DNA of 61,555 nt, counting the filler, from Stramenopiles sp. TOSAG23-6 (Eukaryota): NCBI GenBank assembly GCA_900128565.1. It is 2 parts of 2 records of this genome, joined end to end, with 100 filler letters (N's around TTAATTAATTAA, not from the genome) between each part and the next. Parts side by side here need not be neighbours in the genome. Positions count along the whole stretch, not along the records: positions 1 to 30,741 come from LT635964.1; 1 more part is not named here. One strand, 5' to 3'. The notes below the pieces were generated by a model, which saw only the letters and a program-made list of their open reading frames with translations, did no database searches and was not told the DNA's origin. Numbering within the stretch: the first letter of the stretch is position 1; each line of letters begins with the position of its first letter. Below, piece after piece: positions 1 through 11,000 of the stretch. A program made the position numbers and the translations under genes.

Positions 1-99
1 TGAAAAAATATTTCAAAAAAAAAAACTTAAATTTGTTAGGTACAAAATTTCGTACAAAACAAAATTCGATTTTTTTGTTAAAAAAAAAATAAAACATAC
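1..99 (-). mobile_element. Introner-type intron (3' end outside window)
   Basis: AT|GTATGT donor, family core and CCTAAC branch site. Confidence 0.85.
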
Positions 100-3000
100 A
101 TATTAAATGGACATAACCAAGGCGAGCCTATATGATGGTCGCCTAATGCAGCTGCAACGGATAATGCGGAGCAGGAGTAAAACATATCCACGTATTTTGG
201 AAAAATATTTGAAAAAAAAAATCATTAGGTACAAAATTTCGTACGAAAAAAAATTCGAAGTTGAAAAAAAATAAAACGTACACTTCCAAATGTTTGTTAA
301 TATGATGATGATGGAGTCTTTCATACAAGGTTGTCAGATGACTTAAACTCCGAAATAAAGTATGTATTTTGGAAAAATATTTGAAAAAAAAATCGTTAGG
401 TATGAAATTTCGTATGAAAACAAATTCGATTTTTTTGTTAAAAAAAAAAATAAAAATATTTGAAAAAAAAATCGTTAGGTACAACATTTCGTATGAAAAA
501 AAAATTAAATTAGAAATTCATATAAAACGTACATTATCTTCATCCCATTCTTTACTTCTATTCAGTGTAATATGTTCAACTATAAAACGAAAACGCCGAA
601 AATCTCTAGTCAGAATTTCCAAAACTGTTTTACTACATACATTGCGTTTACAATGTTTTTTGGAAAAATATTTCAAAAAAAATCTAAACACAATTGTTAG
701 GTACAAAATTTTTTTACCAAAAAAAAAAATAAATTTGAAATTGAAAAAAAATAAAACATACATGCTGTTTGCTATTTTGATTGCTACCATCCTTACCATC
801 ACAAAATGAATTAGAATTCTGAGCTTGATGAAGGATTCCATTTGAATTATTTTGTCTACCATTGTCATAATTAAAAAGAGATTTTGGTTCAATTTCTGAA
901 CAAACTGAGCTGATATTATCATAAGTATTCATACTTAATTTTGCAATCATGACTAACGGAAATTGTAATAATGAATCCGATGTATTTTGGAAAAATATTT
1001 CAAAAAAAATCTAAAACATTTTGTTAGGTACAAAATTTCGTACGAAAAAAAAATGTAGACAAAAAATTGAAAAAAAATAAAACATACATGCTCCAGAATC
1101 ACTTATATGAGAATCTTGTACCATTTCTTCCGGCATAAAAATAACTCGCCAATCCGTTAATAGCAAGGTACCAATTTTTAGTTCGTTAGGAGTAGGGTCA
1201 GGACAAGAACCCAATATCGCAAGAATATGTATTGTGAAAAAATATTTTGTGAAAAAAATCGTTAGGTACGGAATTTCGTACGAAAAAAAAACTTGAATTT
1301 GAAATTCATTATGAAATTGTACATGAGGAATAACCAGTTCTGGGAGTTCTGTGGCTTTGGGTGGAAGAGAAAGAACTCTAGCCTGGGAAGCACGCTGATC
1401 TTTTGATGCATCAAGTAGTAACTTCACACGGCGTTTTCTGAAAAAGTCATTACGAAATTTTGATGCATACGTATTGCAAAAAAATATTGCAAAACAAAAA
1501 AATCGTTAGGTACAAAATTTCGTACGAAAAAAATAAATTCGAAATTGAAAAAAAAAACGTACACTGTGTACATATAAAATGATCCCATGCAATGCGAAGC
1601 GACATCAACTCACCGAAATTAAAAAACGTTTTCATTGCAAATTCTGCAACAGCATTTTGTAATTGAGTCCGTCTCGATGTATTTTGGAAAAATATTTCAA
1701 AAAAAAAAAATTAATTTTTGTTAGGTACAAAATTTCGTACGAAAAAAAATTCGATTTTTTGTTTAAAAAAAAAGATAAAACATACATGCTGCTAAAGATC
1801 TTGCACTGAACGGTTGGCGTGATTCCAACATTCCGCCCTCTCCTTTTTTTAATTCCATCTCTTCAATCGCTTTTACAAATATATTTTGGAAAAATATTTC
1901 AAAATTTACTATAAAAAAATTTGTTAGGTACAAAATTTTCAAAAAAAAAAAATCAATTTTTTGTTAAAAAAAAAAAATAAAACATACATAATTCAAAACT
2001 TCCTGGGGAAAAAATGGGTTTTTCTCCTTCAGTATTTTTAGTATTTTTAGTATTTTTAGTATTTTTAGTATTTTTAGATTGTTCACTCACCCACTTGCGA
2101 AGAACCTTTCGAGACCATCGAGATAGTTGGGCACCTGAAAGGTTTACAATTGTATTTTCATTACTAGTTGTAGAAAAATGAAAACCACGTTTTGCCGCTG
2201 CAGCTACGAAACGCCGAGTGACGTCATCAACTGCTTCTAGATTGGATCCAAGTCGAGTTTTTTCCACATTTGCTAAATTTTCAGCTCTTATATCAGCATC
2301 TATTTGAGCAACTTCTGCTTCTTTTTTTGCTGCATCTAACAAATCAATGTGTATTTTGGAAAAATATTTCAAAAAAAATCTTAAAAAATTGTTAGGTACA
2401 AAATTTCCTATGGAAAAATAAATTCAATTTCAAATTTAAAAAAAAAAAAAAAACATACATTTGTTTTTTCTAGATCCAAACACTTTTCAATATATAATTT
2501 ATCACTTGCAGAATCGTTAGGGTTAGGATTTTGGAGGCTAAAAGGAAGCGCCAATCTACCTTCGCTTCGAATATTTCGTATGAATTGTGGAAAAATATTT
2601 CAAAAAAATCTAAAAACATTTGTTAGGTACAAAATTTCCTATGAAAAAATAAATTCGAAATTGAAAAAAAATAAAACATACATTGATTCGTGAACAATAT
2701 TTTCACTCGGAGATATCGAACAAATGGCCTCAACCAAAATTTCTCCAGTCACATATAATGAAAAGAAATATTTCCAAAAATTGATTTTTTTGTTAGGTAC
2801 GAAATGTTCTATGAAAAACAAACTTAAAATTCATGATAAATAAAAACGAATATAATAAAAACGAATATAATAAAAACGAATAGTATATAAAAACTCAAAA
2901 AAAAATCTTTTTTGTTTTTTTTGTTTTTTTTTGTTTTTTTTTGTTTAGGTACGAACTTTCCTATGAAAAAAAATAATAAATGAAAACATACATGCTTTGA

Positions 3001-3804
3001 ACGTTTCGTCCGTTTGCCTAAGGGAAGCCATTCAGAACAGATGGTGCACGCAGATAGTGAACATATACTCATGTATTGTGAAAAAATATTTCAAAAAAAA
3101 ATTAATTTTTGTTAGGTACAAAATTTCGTACGAAAACAAATTCAAAATTGAAAAAAAAATAAAACATACATAGCAGCTTTCCCAAGAAATTTTCCAGTGC
3201 CAATTATAGATCGTTTGTGAAAAACTTCGACTTCAATAAAAGAGTGTAACCCTTGAGACAACGGAAATACAAACATCATGTCCCAACTAGGGTTAATACC
3301 CCCCTTCTTCTCACCCTCAATCTTATGGTCCAGTGTACATGTATTGTGAATTTTTTTTTTATAAAATTTGTTAGGTACAAAATTTCGTACAAAAAAAACA
3401 AAAATTTGAAATTGATAAAACGTACAGGCTTTTCCGCTACCAACACGTACTTCACAATATGGATTTAATGTTCCAACAGTTCCTTTGGAAGTCAAGTTTC
3501 GGGCGCTAGAAATTTTTACAACGATAAAAGGACCAAGGTCTTGCTGTTTGTGCCGAAGTGAAGACAACTCAAAGAACTCCTTTAATCCTCCTTGCGATCT
3601 ATAAAGTCGAACTGCAAGAGCTGGACGCTTTCTACACGATGCACGGGAATTAACTATAGGTACTATGTCTTCTACTGTAGGTGTATCTTGACCACCACCT
3701 TGATTTATTACAGTCTTCTTAGAATGAAAGTCACTATCAGACGAAGTTTCAACAGAAGGACAGGCATTTCGTTTTTTTCGTGAAAATGGGTTCCAACTCT
3801 TCAT
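1..3804 (-). CDS. C2-domain + PH-GRAM protein, probably myotubularin-related; 14 non-canonical introns, 3' end outside the window
   Basis: Removing 14 repeat introns gives one continuous frame from ATG 3804. C2 motifs: VKISSARNL..LNPYCEV..NPSWD..FVF..EVEVF..FLGKA..EWLPL..VTGEI. GRAM-like motifs: GTLLLTDWRVIF, FPLVMIAKL, LEILTRDFRRFRF. Confidence 0.75.
190..281 (-). mobile_element. Introner-type intron, GT-GT
   Basis: GT|GTACGT...CCAAAATAC-GT; 2-nt duplication GT/GT; frame restored (HLEVDMF). Confidence 0.85.
362..532 (-). mobile_element. Dimeric introner-type intron, GT-AT
   Basis: Two family cores with two CCTAAC sites inside one pair of termini; AT/AT duplication. Confidence 0.8.
653..761 (-). 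mobile_element. Introner-type intron, GT-AT
   Basis: AT|GTATGT...CCAAAAAAC-AT; joins SKQH to CKRN in frame. Confidence 0.85.
980..1087 (-). mobile_element. Introner-type intron, GT-AT
   Basis: Consensus termini; restores SGASDSLLQFP. Confidence 0.85.
1227..1322 (-). mobile_element. Introner-type intron, GT-AT (96 nt, stop-free in frame)
   Basis: AT|GTACAA...CACAATAC-AT; family core; reads as a 32-aa F/Y-rich insert in ORF 1011..1427. Confidence 0.8.
1469..1562 (-). mobile_element. Introner-type intron, GT-GT
   Basis: GT|GTACGT...TGCAATAC-GT; restores CTQYASKF. Confidence 0.85.
1677..1785 (-). mobile_element. Introner-type intron, GT-AT
   Basis: Consensus termini; frame restored (LAASRRTQ). 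Confidence 0.85.
1879..1987 (-). mobile_element. Introner-type intron, GT-AT
   Basis: Ends CCAAAATAT-AT; restores SFELFVKA. Confidence 0.85.
2031..2077. repeat. 9-bp coding tandem repeat (KNT)x~5
   Basis: (tagtatttt)n seen directly. Confidence 0.9.
2349..2458 (-). mobile_element. Introner-type intron, GT-AC
   Basis: AT|GTATGT...CCAAAATAC-AC; restores EKTNIDLL. Confidence 0.8.
2580..2681 (-). mobile_element. Introner-type intron, GT-AT
   Basis: Ends CCACAATTC-AT; nearly identical to the PRMT5 intron at 44436. Confidence 0.85.
2753..2991 (-). mobile_element. Long degenerate dimeric introner-type intron, GT-AT
   Basis: Two degenerate cores plus internal short tandem repeats; removal restores C2 end RSKH|VTGEILV. 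Confidence 0.75.
3071..3169 (-). mobile_element. Introner-type intron, GT-AT
   Basis: Consensus termini; restores FLGKAAMSI. Confidence 0.85.
3339..3425 (-). mobile_element. Introner-type intron, GT-AT (87 nt, stop-free in frame)
   Basis: CT|GTACGT...CACAATAC-AT inside the C2 domain. Confidence 0.8.
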
Positions 3805-4194
3805 ATCACTTTCTACTACAAACTACAAACTACAACGTAAAGTAAAGTAAAGTAAAGCAAAAAGGTACAATGGTGTTGTGGAAGTTACAGGTGTGAAAAT
3901 AGTGGTGCATTCCAAAAATGTTTCGTATGGGATGACCTATACCTACAAGTATATTAGTATCGATAAAGCGCGTGAAATGAAAAAATTCGACCTGAAATCC
4001 AAAAAATAGCAAATTTGAAAAAGTCGATCCCGGTAATCCATCGGTTAAAAAAACGGAAATTTGAAATTTCTCTTTTTATACCCTTCGGCATTTGCCTAAA
4101 CGTTTCACATTATTCTGGAACATCGAAATCTACGCCGATCAATAGTGATTTATATGTGCACACGATTCAATATCCTGCATAATATACTTTGGTA

Positions 4195-4995
4195 ATGGTC
4201 AAGACTAAATCAAAGTCGAAAAAAAGTAAGCCTACTTGGGTCACGAAACTTGATGAAGGCATTGAAACACTAGATTTATCCACCTACAACTTTAGCGGTG
4301 AACGTACCAAAAAACTTGCTAAAAAATTAGTGCAAAACAATACATTGACTTTTCTCGACATGTATCGATCACGGTGTGGTCCAGTGGGTTGCACTGCTAT
4401 TGCTGATGCCCTGGGAAAGAATCATACCCTCCAGCATTTGCATTTACGAAGTAACGGTGTCAAACCAGATGGAGTACTATATCTATCAAAAGCATTAGCA
4501 CATAAGAGTTGTGCTCTCTTATCCCTTGATTTGTCATATAATCTACTGAAAGATGAAGGTATGATTGAAATTGGGAGATCTCTGAGAGGTAATCAATCAC
4601 TCATTCGATTATTTCTCTCTGGTAACGGTATTGGTGCCAAAGGCGTCGAAGCACTAACTAAACCACTACGTAAAAATGTGACGTTGACGGAACTAGATCT
4701 ATCGTGTAATCGTCTTGGGGGTAGTAGTGGGACGCTGGCAGCAGAATGCATCGTGGTACTACTTCAAGAAAATAAACATTTACTTTCGCTCAACTTAGAC
4801 ACGAACAAACTTGGTAACGATGGTGCGCATATAATTTCCGGTGCTATTTCTGGAGACACAGCACTAACATATCTTGACATGTCTGCTAATTTTTTAAAAG
4901 AAGATGGGGCGAATGCGTTGAGTGTTGCGGCTAGAGGCGCAATACAGTTAACAGTTTCAATGCAAGATAATAATCTACCTATAAAGAAGTTTTAA
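4195..4995 (+). CDS. Ribonuclease-inhibitor-like leucine-rich repeat protein
   Basis: Repeated NxTLxxLxLxxNxIGxxG 28-aa units; intronless; ATG at 4195. Confidence 0.9.
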   Translation: MVKTKSKSKKSKPTWVTKLDEGIETLDLSTYNFSGERTKKLAKKLVQNNTLTFLDMYRSRCGPVGCTAIADALGKNHTLQHLHLRSNGVKPDGVLYLSKALAHKSCALLSLDLSYNLLKDEGMIEIGRSLRGNQSLIRLFLSGNGIGAKGVEALTKPLRKNVTLTELDLSCNRLGGSSGTLAAECIVVLLQENKHLLSLNLDTNKLGNDGAHIISGAISGDTALTYLDMSANFLKEDGANALSVAARGAIQLTVSMQDNNLPIKKF

Positions 4996-5070
4996 TCTAA
5001 GTAAGATATTTCAGTAGAGTCAAATTATTTTTCTAATTTTATTATTTTGTGGGAAATTAAGGTTTTGAAA

Positions 5071-8000
5071 TCATTTGCCCTGAACATCAGTGTCGTCGTC
5101 GGTTTTAGACCTCCTGCGCCTCCTACGGCGTTCATCTTTTTGGTTCTTCCGTTTAGCAGCCATCAACTTTGCTTGATCTTCATGCTCATCCCTGGCTCGT
5201 GATTCTTCCTCGGCATCTTCAAGCAATGCATCGGTATCTTTCTTGTTTGTTGCTTTTTGCATAGCTTGTTCCCTTGCTGCATGACCAATCGCAGTATTCT
5301 CATCATGCACCTTCATCGACTGTTGCTTTCTTCTTTTTAGTTCCTCTCGTTTACGTTTTCGCCTATTGAAATCATCATCATTTAATTTGCTCTTCTTTCG
5401 TGCTATACCGCCTACTCCTTTTTTATTGTTTTCATTTGTAATAGTGGTAATTACATCCGTAACGTCGCCATCTCTATCAATGTGTAATATCCTACCATCT
5501 TTAGATGCTATGTTCATACTCTTCATACTCTTTATAGTACCATCTCCATGTGATTCTGTATTTTTTACATCAATAGGATCACTCCAAACTATATCCCCAG
5601 TAACTGAATTAACCCAATAAGGAGCATCTTTAGAACGAGAGTAACTCTTGCGCCAATTCTGAACGGAGGATATAGGAACTACTGTACCTTTTTTCTTATT
5701 TTTAGACTTTTTGCACCATTCAAGTAGCGGCTCGGCGAATCTGTCCCGCATACAAGGAATCATACAAATCATAAGGAGAGCGCCAAATATCAAAACACTA
5801 ATGTTAGAAATGACGAGTAATTGTCCCAAAAATTCATTGTTTGAACATGATGTAGAAGTAGATATTAACAACCCACTGAAAAAGATAAAGAATAACACCA
5901 TTAGTAGACATTGTTGTAGTACGTCATCGACATCTGTTTCATACGGTCTCGTATTCATTGCTAGAAGCATAAATAGCACCACTAACAATACACCTAAAAT
6001 ACAACGCTCAACTGGCGTTCCTGCTAAAGACAGAAAGCCAGTCATCATCGCTTTTCTTAACATTTCTATTAGTTCAAACCACCAATATTGTCGCTCGTAT
6101 TGTTCAAATAAAGATCCGTACACGCGTTTTGTGCGATGATAATGCCTATTTCTAATAAGTTCGGCCTCCGTACCAGATCCTGACAATGCCTTTGTATTAA
6201 CCAAGTATTCGCGGCGGGAGTACAATATACAGACATATATAATAGGAATGCCAAAAACGTACAGAGCTATAAAAAGCATAGAAGCTGCTGCAAGTGCTCC
6301 GTATATCTCATCATTCATATTACAAACAATACTAGAATCATCACGAAGGTAACTTATTCCGTTGACATCAAAACAATTAAATACACGAAAACATCTTGTT
6401 GCTAGCCCAGGATATAAAAGAAAAACAACGAGATTAAACATTTTCACTGCATTATCTGAAACACTAAGCTTAGAGAATTGTGCCTCGGGGTTTACAGCTT
6501 TCAAACAACGACATAATATCACTGCACAGATTAAAATCATTGTAAATAGAGGTAAAACCATCATATACACATAAAACTTTGTGTCGTATTTTGTTGAAAA
6601 GTCACATGTAGAAAAACCTGCAAGAAGATTCATGAAATCTAGATTAATCACTTTGAAAAGGCGAAATAGATCGTCGAAGGCTTGGGGAAATTTGACGCCT
6701 AATGAGAAATCTAGCTGTGACATAATTTGCAAATGTCCTACTACCTGTCTAAGTGTTGCCGCCATTGCAGCAATATCAGCAAAGCCAAGTCCGCTGCCTC
6801 CAATACCACCAGTCATTGACAACATGTCATCTTTTTTTGTCATTATGTCATCTGCTTGTGTATATCCATCCTCCATTGATCTTTTCGTTTTGTTCTTTAA
6901 ATTTTCAGGATTACGAGTTTTCCCTACAGAAGATGCTGCAATATCGATCTCAGCTAAAACATTAACGTTGCGTACAAATTTTGAACCTTTTAAGGATCTT
7001 TTACGTTTTAGTCCTTTAGAAACAGTAGGTGTCTCATGTACATGTTTCTTCATTTGCATCTTGGACCATGTTTTTTCCATTTCTATAGCCCTTATCCACT
7101 CAGTGAAAGAAATTGCCCCATTATGGTCTGTGTCAACAGCCTCTACCATCGCACTTGCAAGTCGACTATCCATTCCTTTTTTTGACAAGACGTAAAAATA
7201 ATTCATCTAATCCAACAACGCCATTACCATCAATATCAATATCATTAAAAATGTCATATAAATCCATGTCAGATGCATCGACCTCTTCAAACGGAGGACG
7301 TCTACTGACGTACCAAAATGATACCCAAAATGTTATAAAACACACTAAAATGAATAAATATGTAGCTCCGTCAGAACTTCCTCCGCCCTCACAAAGTACA
7401 CAACTGACCTCATCTCCACCTCTTACATAACTTTCAGCACATACACCACAAAGGGGTCCCTCATAACCAACCTTGCAAGTACCCCATGCGCCACCACCAT
7501 TGCAAGCTTCGTGAGTTAAGTCTTCCACGAATGTAGTATTTGTTGAAGCTGTAGCAGTTGCTTCACATTCGTCATTGTCGTTTGATTCTAATGTATAAGC
7601 ACCATTAATATTCTTACACGTGCGCATTCTTGCTGTTGCGGGTTTCAGTTTGAAGTATGGTCTCTCCTGCCAATAACCTTTCAAAATATGTATTTGCATA
7701 TTAGGATCATTTGTCATAAATGCAAGACCTGGTTTCGTGCAATTCATTCCCGTGGTGCACATTGTACATGAAATTGCCAAGGTTTCATCGGATGAAAGAT
7801 CTTCAATAAGCATATCTGTAGCCGGTTTACCATATTTCTGCTGAAAATATGCTGAGTTAAATTGTTCATAACCTTGTACAGGTGGCTCATAAAGATCGAC
7901 ATCGCCTAAATGAGCATAGTACGATACTGGGCACTGGCAACGATCTTTTGTTTCATTCGTTGTTGCTATAGGATGCCAACAACTATAAGGTGCCTTCGAT

Positions 8001-11000
8001 CCTGCTGGACAAAATTGGCCTTCTGTACATGGAACGATACTACTCTCATCTTGACAATACGATCCTGCAGGGCATTTAGTTCTTTCATACGCTCCCTCTG
8101 CACAACTGTATGCAATAGGTCCTTGTACAGTGCAACTCTTTTTCTCTGCCGGTGTTGTGCAATAAAACCCTCTAGGGCACGGAGAGAATTCCCAGCTTGC
8201 TTCTGGGCAATATTGAGCTGTTGTAGTTCCCCCACAAGCTACTTTAGAATCGCCGCTACTACAATAATAACCTTTTGGGCACTTTTTTGGACTCGTGACG
8301 CCTGTATCACAAAACCATGAATCGACTTCGGCAGGGTCATATATAAAAGGATCTTGGGGCTCTCCTTCCGCTGGTTCTTCGTATTTGCATAGCTTCCTTT
8401 TTGAAGGCGAAGCACAATAGAAACCTTTAGCACATGGGGTTTCTTTAGATGAACCTTCTGGACAGTACATGCCTATTTCACAATCTATCTCAGTTTTTGA
8501 CGCTTCATTTGGACAATACTTACCCGCGCTACAAAGTGTTGCTGATGTTGAACCTTCAGAACAATATTTACCTGCAGAACATGCGCTCTTTTCACTACCA
8601 TTGCTGCACCAATATCCAATAGGACACATCTTGGGATATTGCGTTCCTTCTTCGCAATAATATGACTTACCCTTTGTCATATACGGATCTTCTGATGTTG
8701 ATGGGTTGTCACATGTTACCTGCTGTGAAGGTGTTGGGCAGTAGTGTCCTTTTTTACAATTACTTTGAGAAATAGAGCCTGGTGGGCAGTATTGTGCCGT
8801 ATTCTCATCTAAAGCACATGCTGTTTCACTCGTCGCACCTGCCTTTTCACAAAAGTGACCTGCACTACAACGGCTACCATTGATACTGGTACCATTTTGT
8901 TTATTGGTTCCTCCACTACAAAATTTACCAGCAACACATTCAGTTTTTGCATTGCCATTTTCACACCAGTGTCCTATTGGGCAAAGCAGTGGTTCTTGTG
9001 GTTTTGCTCTCTCCGCAAGACAAAGCCACGCTGTCCCTTCTTGAAGTTGAAGATCAGTGACCTGAAATGTGTCTTGAGGTGGAGCTTCCACTTCTTCGCC
9101 CAAATACCAAATTTTGCCGGTAGTACAAGAAACTTTTGCACTTGGTATTGGGCAATACCAGCCTTCAGGACAATTTTCTTCATTCTTTCGATTAGTTGCG
9201 CTTTCATTTGCATGAAGTACACAATACTTTCCTGCATTGCAAGCTTTTTTTGTGGCAGTGTTTTCACAATAAAATCCAGGAGGACAAATACCTTCTTCTT
9301 GTCTTTCTTTTAACTTTGCTAATCTTTCTTCATTGCTTAGATTCTCGAGTTGAGTATCTGTTAAAAGCGGGCAAAATGAACCTTCTGAGCAAACTTCACG
9401 AGAATTTGGCTGAGCACAGAAATATTTCCCAGGGCAATGTGCCTGGTTTGAAGTTCCCAGTGGGCAATAATAACCACTTTCACACTGATTAGCTTCTGTT
9501 GATTGGACATCTGGACATTCGAAGTTTGCAGGACATTTTGTTGGAACTTCTCGATCAATGCTTTCCTTTGATTTAACAGGAACTTCCGAACAAATATAAC
9601 CAGAGTTACATTTGTTCTTTCGAGACGTGTCAGAACAGTAATATGTTCCCGGGCATGACATGCTTCTCTCTCTTTCCTGCCCAGATGCCTTGGGGCAATA
9701 AGTACCTCGTTTACATTTAGTACGGATTACAGAATTATTGTTTGTAGTACATATCCACCCAGCAGGACAGTCCTGTTCATATGTCCGATCTTGGCGATCC
9801 GCGTCACACTTCCCTTGTGTATCACAACGTTTAACTTCCTCGCCAAATATATTTATACATTCACCCACTTGTGAATTCTCTTTATTTACAAGCCAAAAGT
9901 TTGGCCCATTACTCCATATTGCTGGGGATTCACAATCATCTTTAGCTCGTGTTTGGTCATTAGCATTAGGATCCTCCACCGCTGAAGTATTTTTGGTGAA
10001 TGCTCCATTACTACAGACATCCGCACGTAGTCTTTGTATACGGGCATTTGAACCAAATCCCACACATGAATCATCAGCTTGATTATATCCAACACATTGT
10101 GCATCGTTCAAACATTTTTTGGCACAATCCATTGCTCCATTTATTGTCACGGTATTATCTCCATCTGCGACGTAACAATATGATTTTTTCAGGATATTTT
10201 ATGAAATCACCAAAGTCCCGACATGTCCCACGGCTGCTACAGTATGTACCAGGACCACATACCGTTTTACTACTTGTAGTTGGACAATAAAATGAATCAG
10301 GACATTCTTGTTGTTGAGTTTGTCCGGTTGGACAGTAGTAACCGATGTCACAAGATTCAGGTTCTTTTGTGCTTACCGGGGGTTTCCATTCTGTTCCTTC
10401 AGAGTCACAAGAATCGTATACATTGCTAATCTCCTCATTTGAGTTTTTATCCACACAATATCCCTCTGCCCCAATCATTTCTTCAGGACAATATTTCCCT
10501 GCAGGACATTCAGTTTCTCCCGTTGAACCCTCAATACAGAAAAATCCAGCCCTGCAGTTTTCCTTTAATAGTGTTGTTTTACAAAAATAACCTGCGGGGC
10601 ATTTTACTTGCTCGTAACCCGAGCCACCACCACGCAATTTTCGGAAATTTACACGATCCTCGCCACAATAATGCCCAGGGGTACATTGCTCTTTTGTGTT
10701 AGGTTCTACGCAATAATATCCGGCTGGACAAGGTTGTTCTTTTGTACGCGATGAGTGATCACCATAATTGTTTGCAGCGGCTCCTCCAGAAACTTTTGCG
10801 GCTCCTCCAGAAACTGCGGCTCCTGCTGAAACTGCTGAGTTAGCGGCCACCGCTGAGTTACCGGCCGCCGAGGAGTGCGTTTTACAATACGAGCCTTGAC
10901 TGCATGTTTGAGGTTCAGCATCTGGTGTAGGACAATAACTTCCTTCTGGACAATCTAATGGTCGAGTTCTTATTTCTCCTCCGGGACAATACATTCCATC

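Noticed and set aside
190-281. Ciliate-like internally eliminated DNA sequences
   Set aside because: Strict sense orientation, donor and branch-point motifs and the standard genetic code point to RNA splicing; not fully excluded without RNA data.
103-922. Short F/K-rich ORFs overlapping the repeats (e.g. 143..487, 369..809, and 31101..31334)
   Set aside because: Translations of intron repeats or their antisense strand.
1-3425. Repeat-spacer pattern resembling a CRISPR array
   Set aside because: Repeats are ~100 nt and variable, the spacers are exons of one continuous reading frame, the context is eukaryotic and no cas genes are present.
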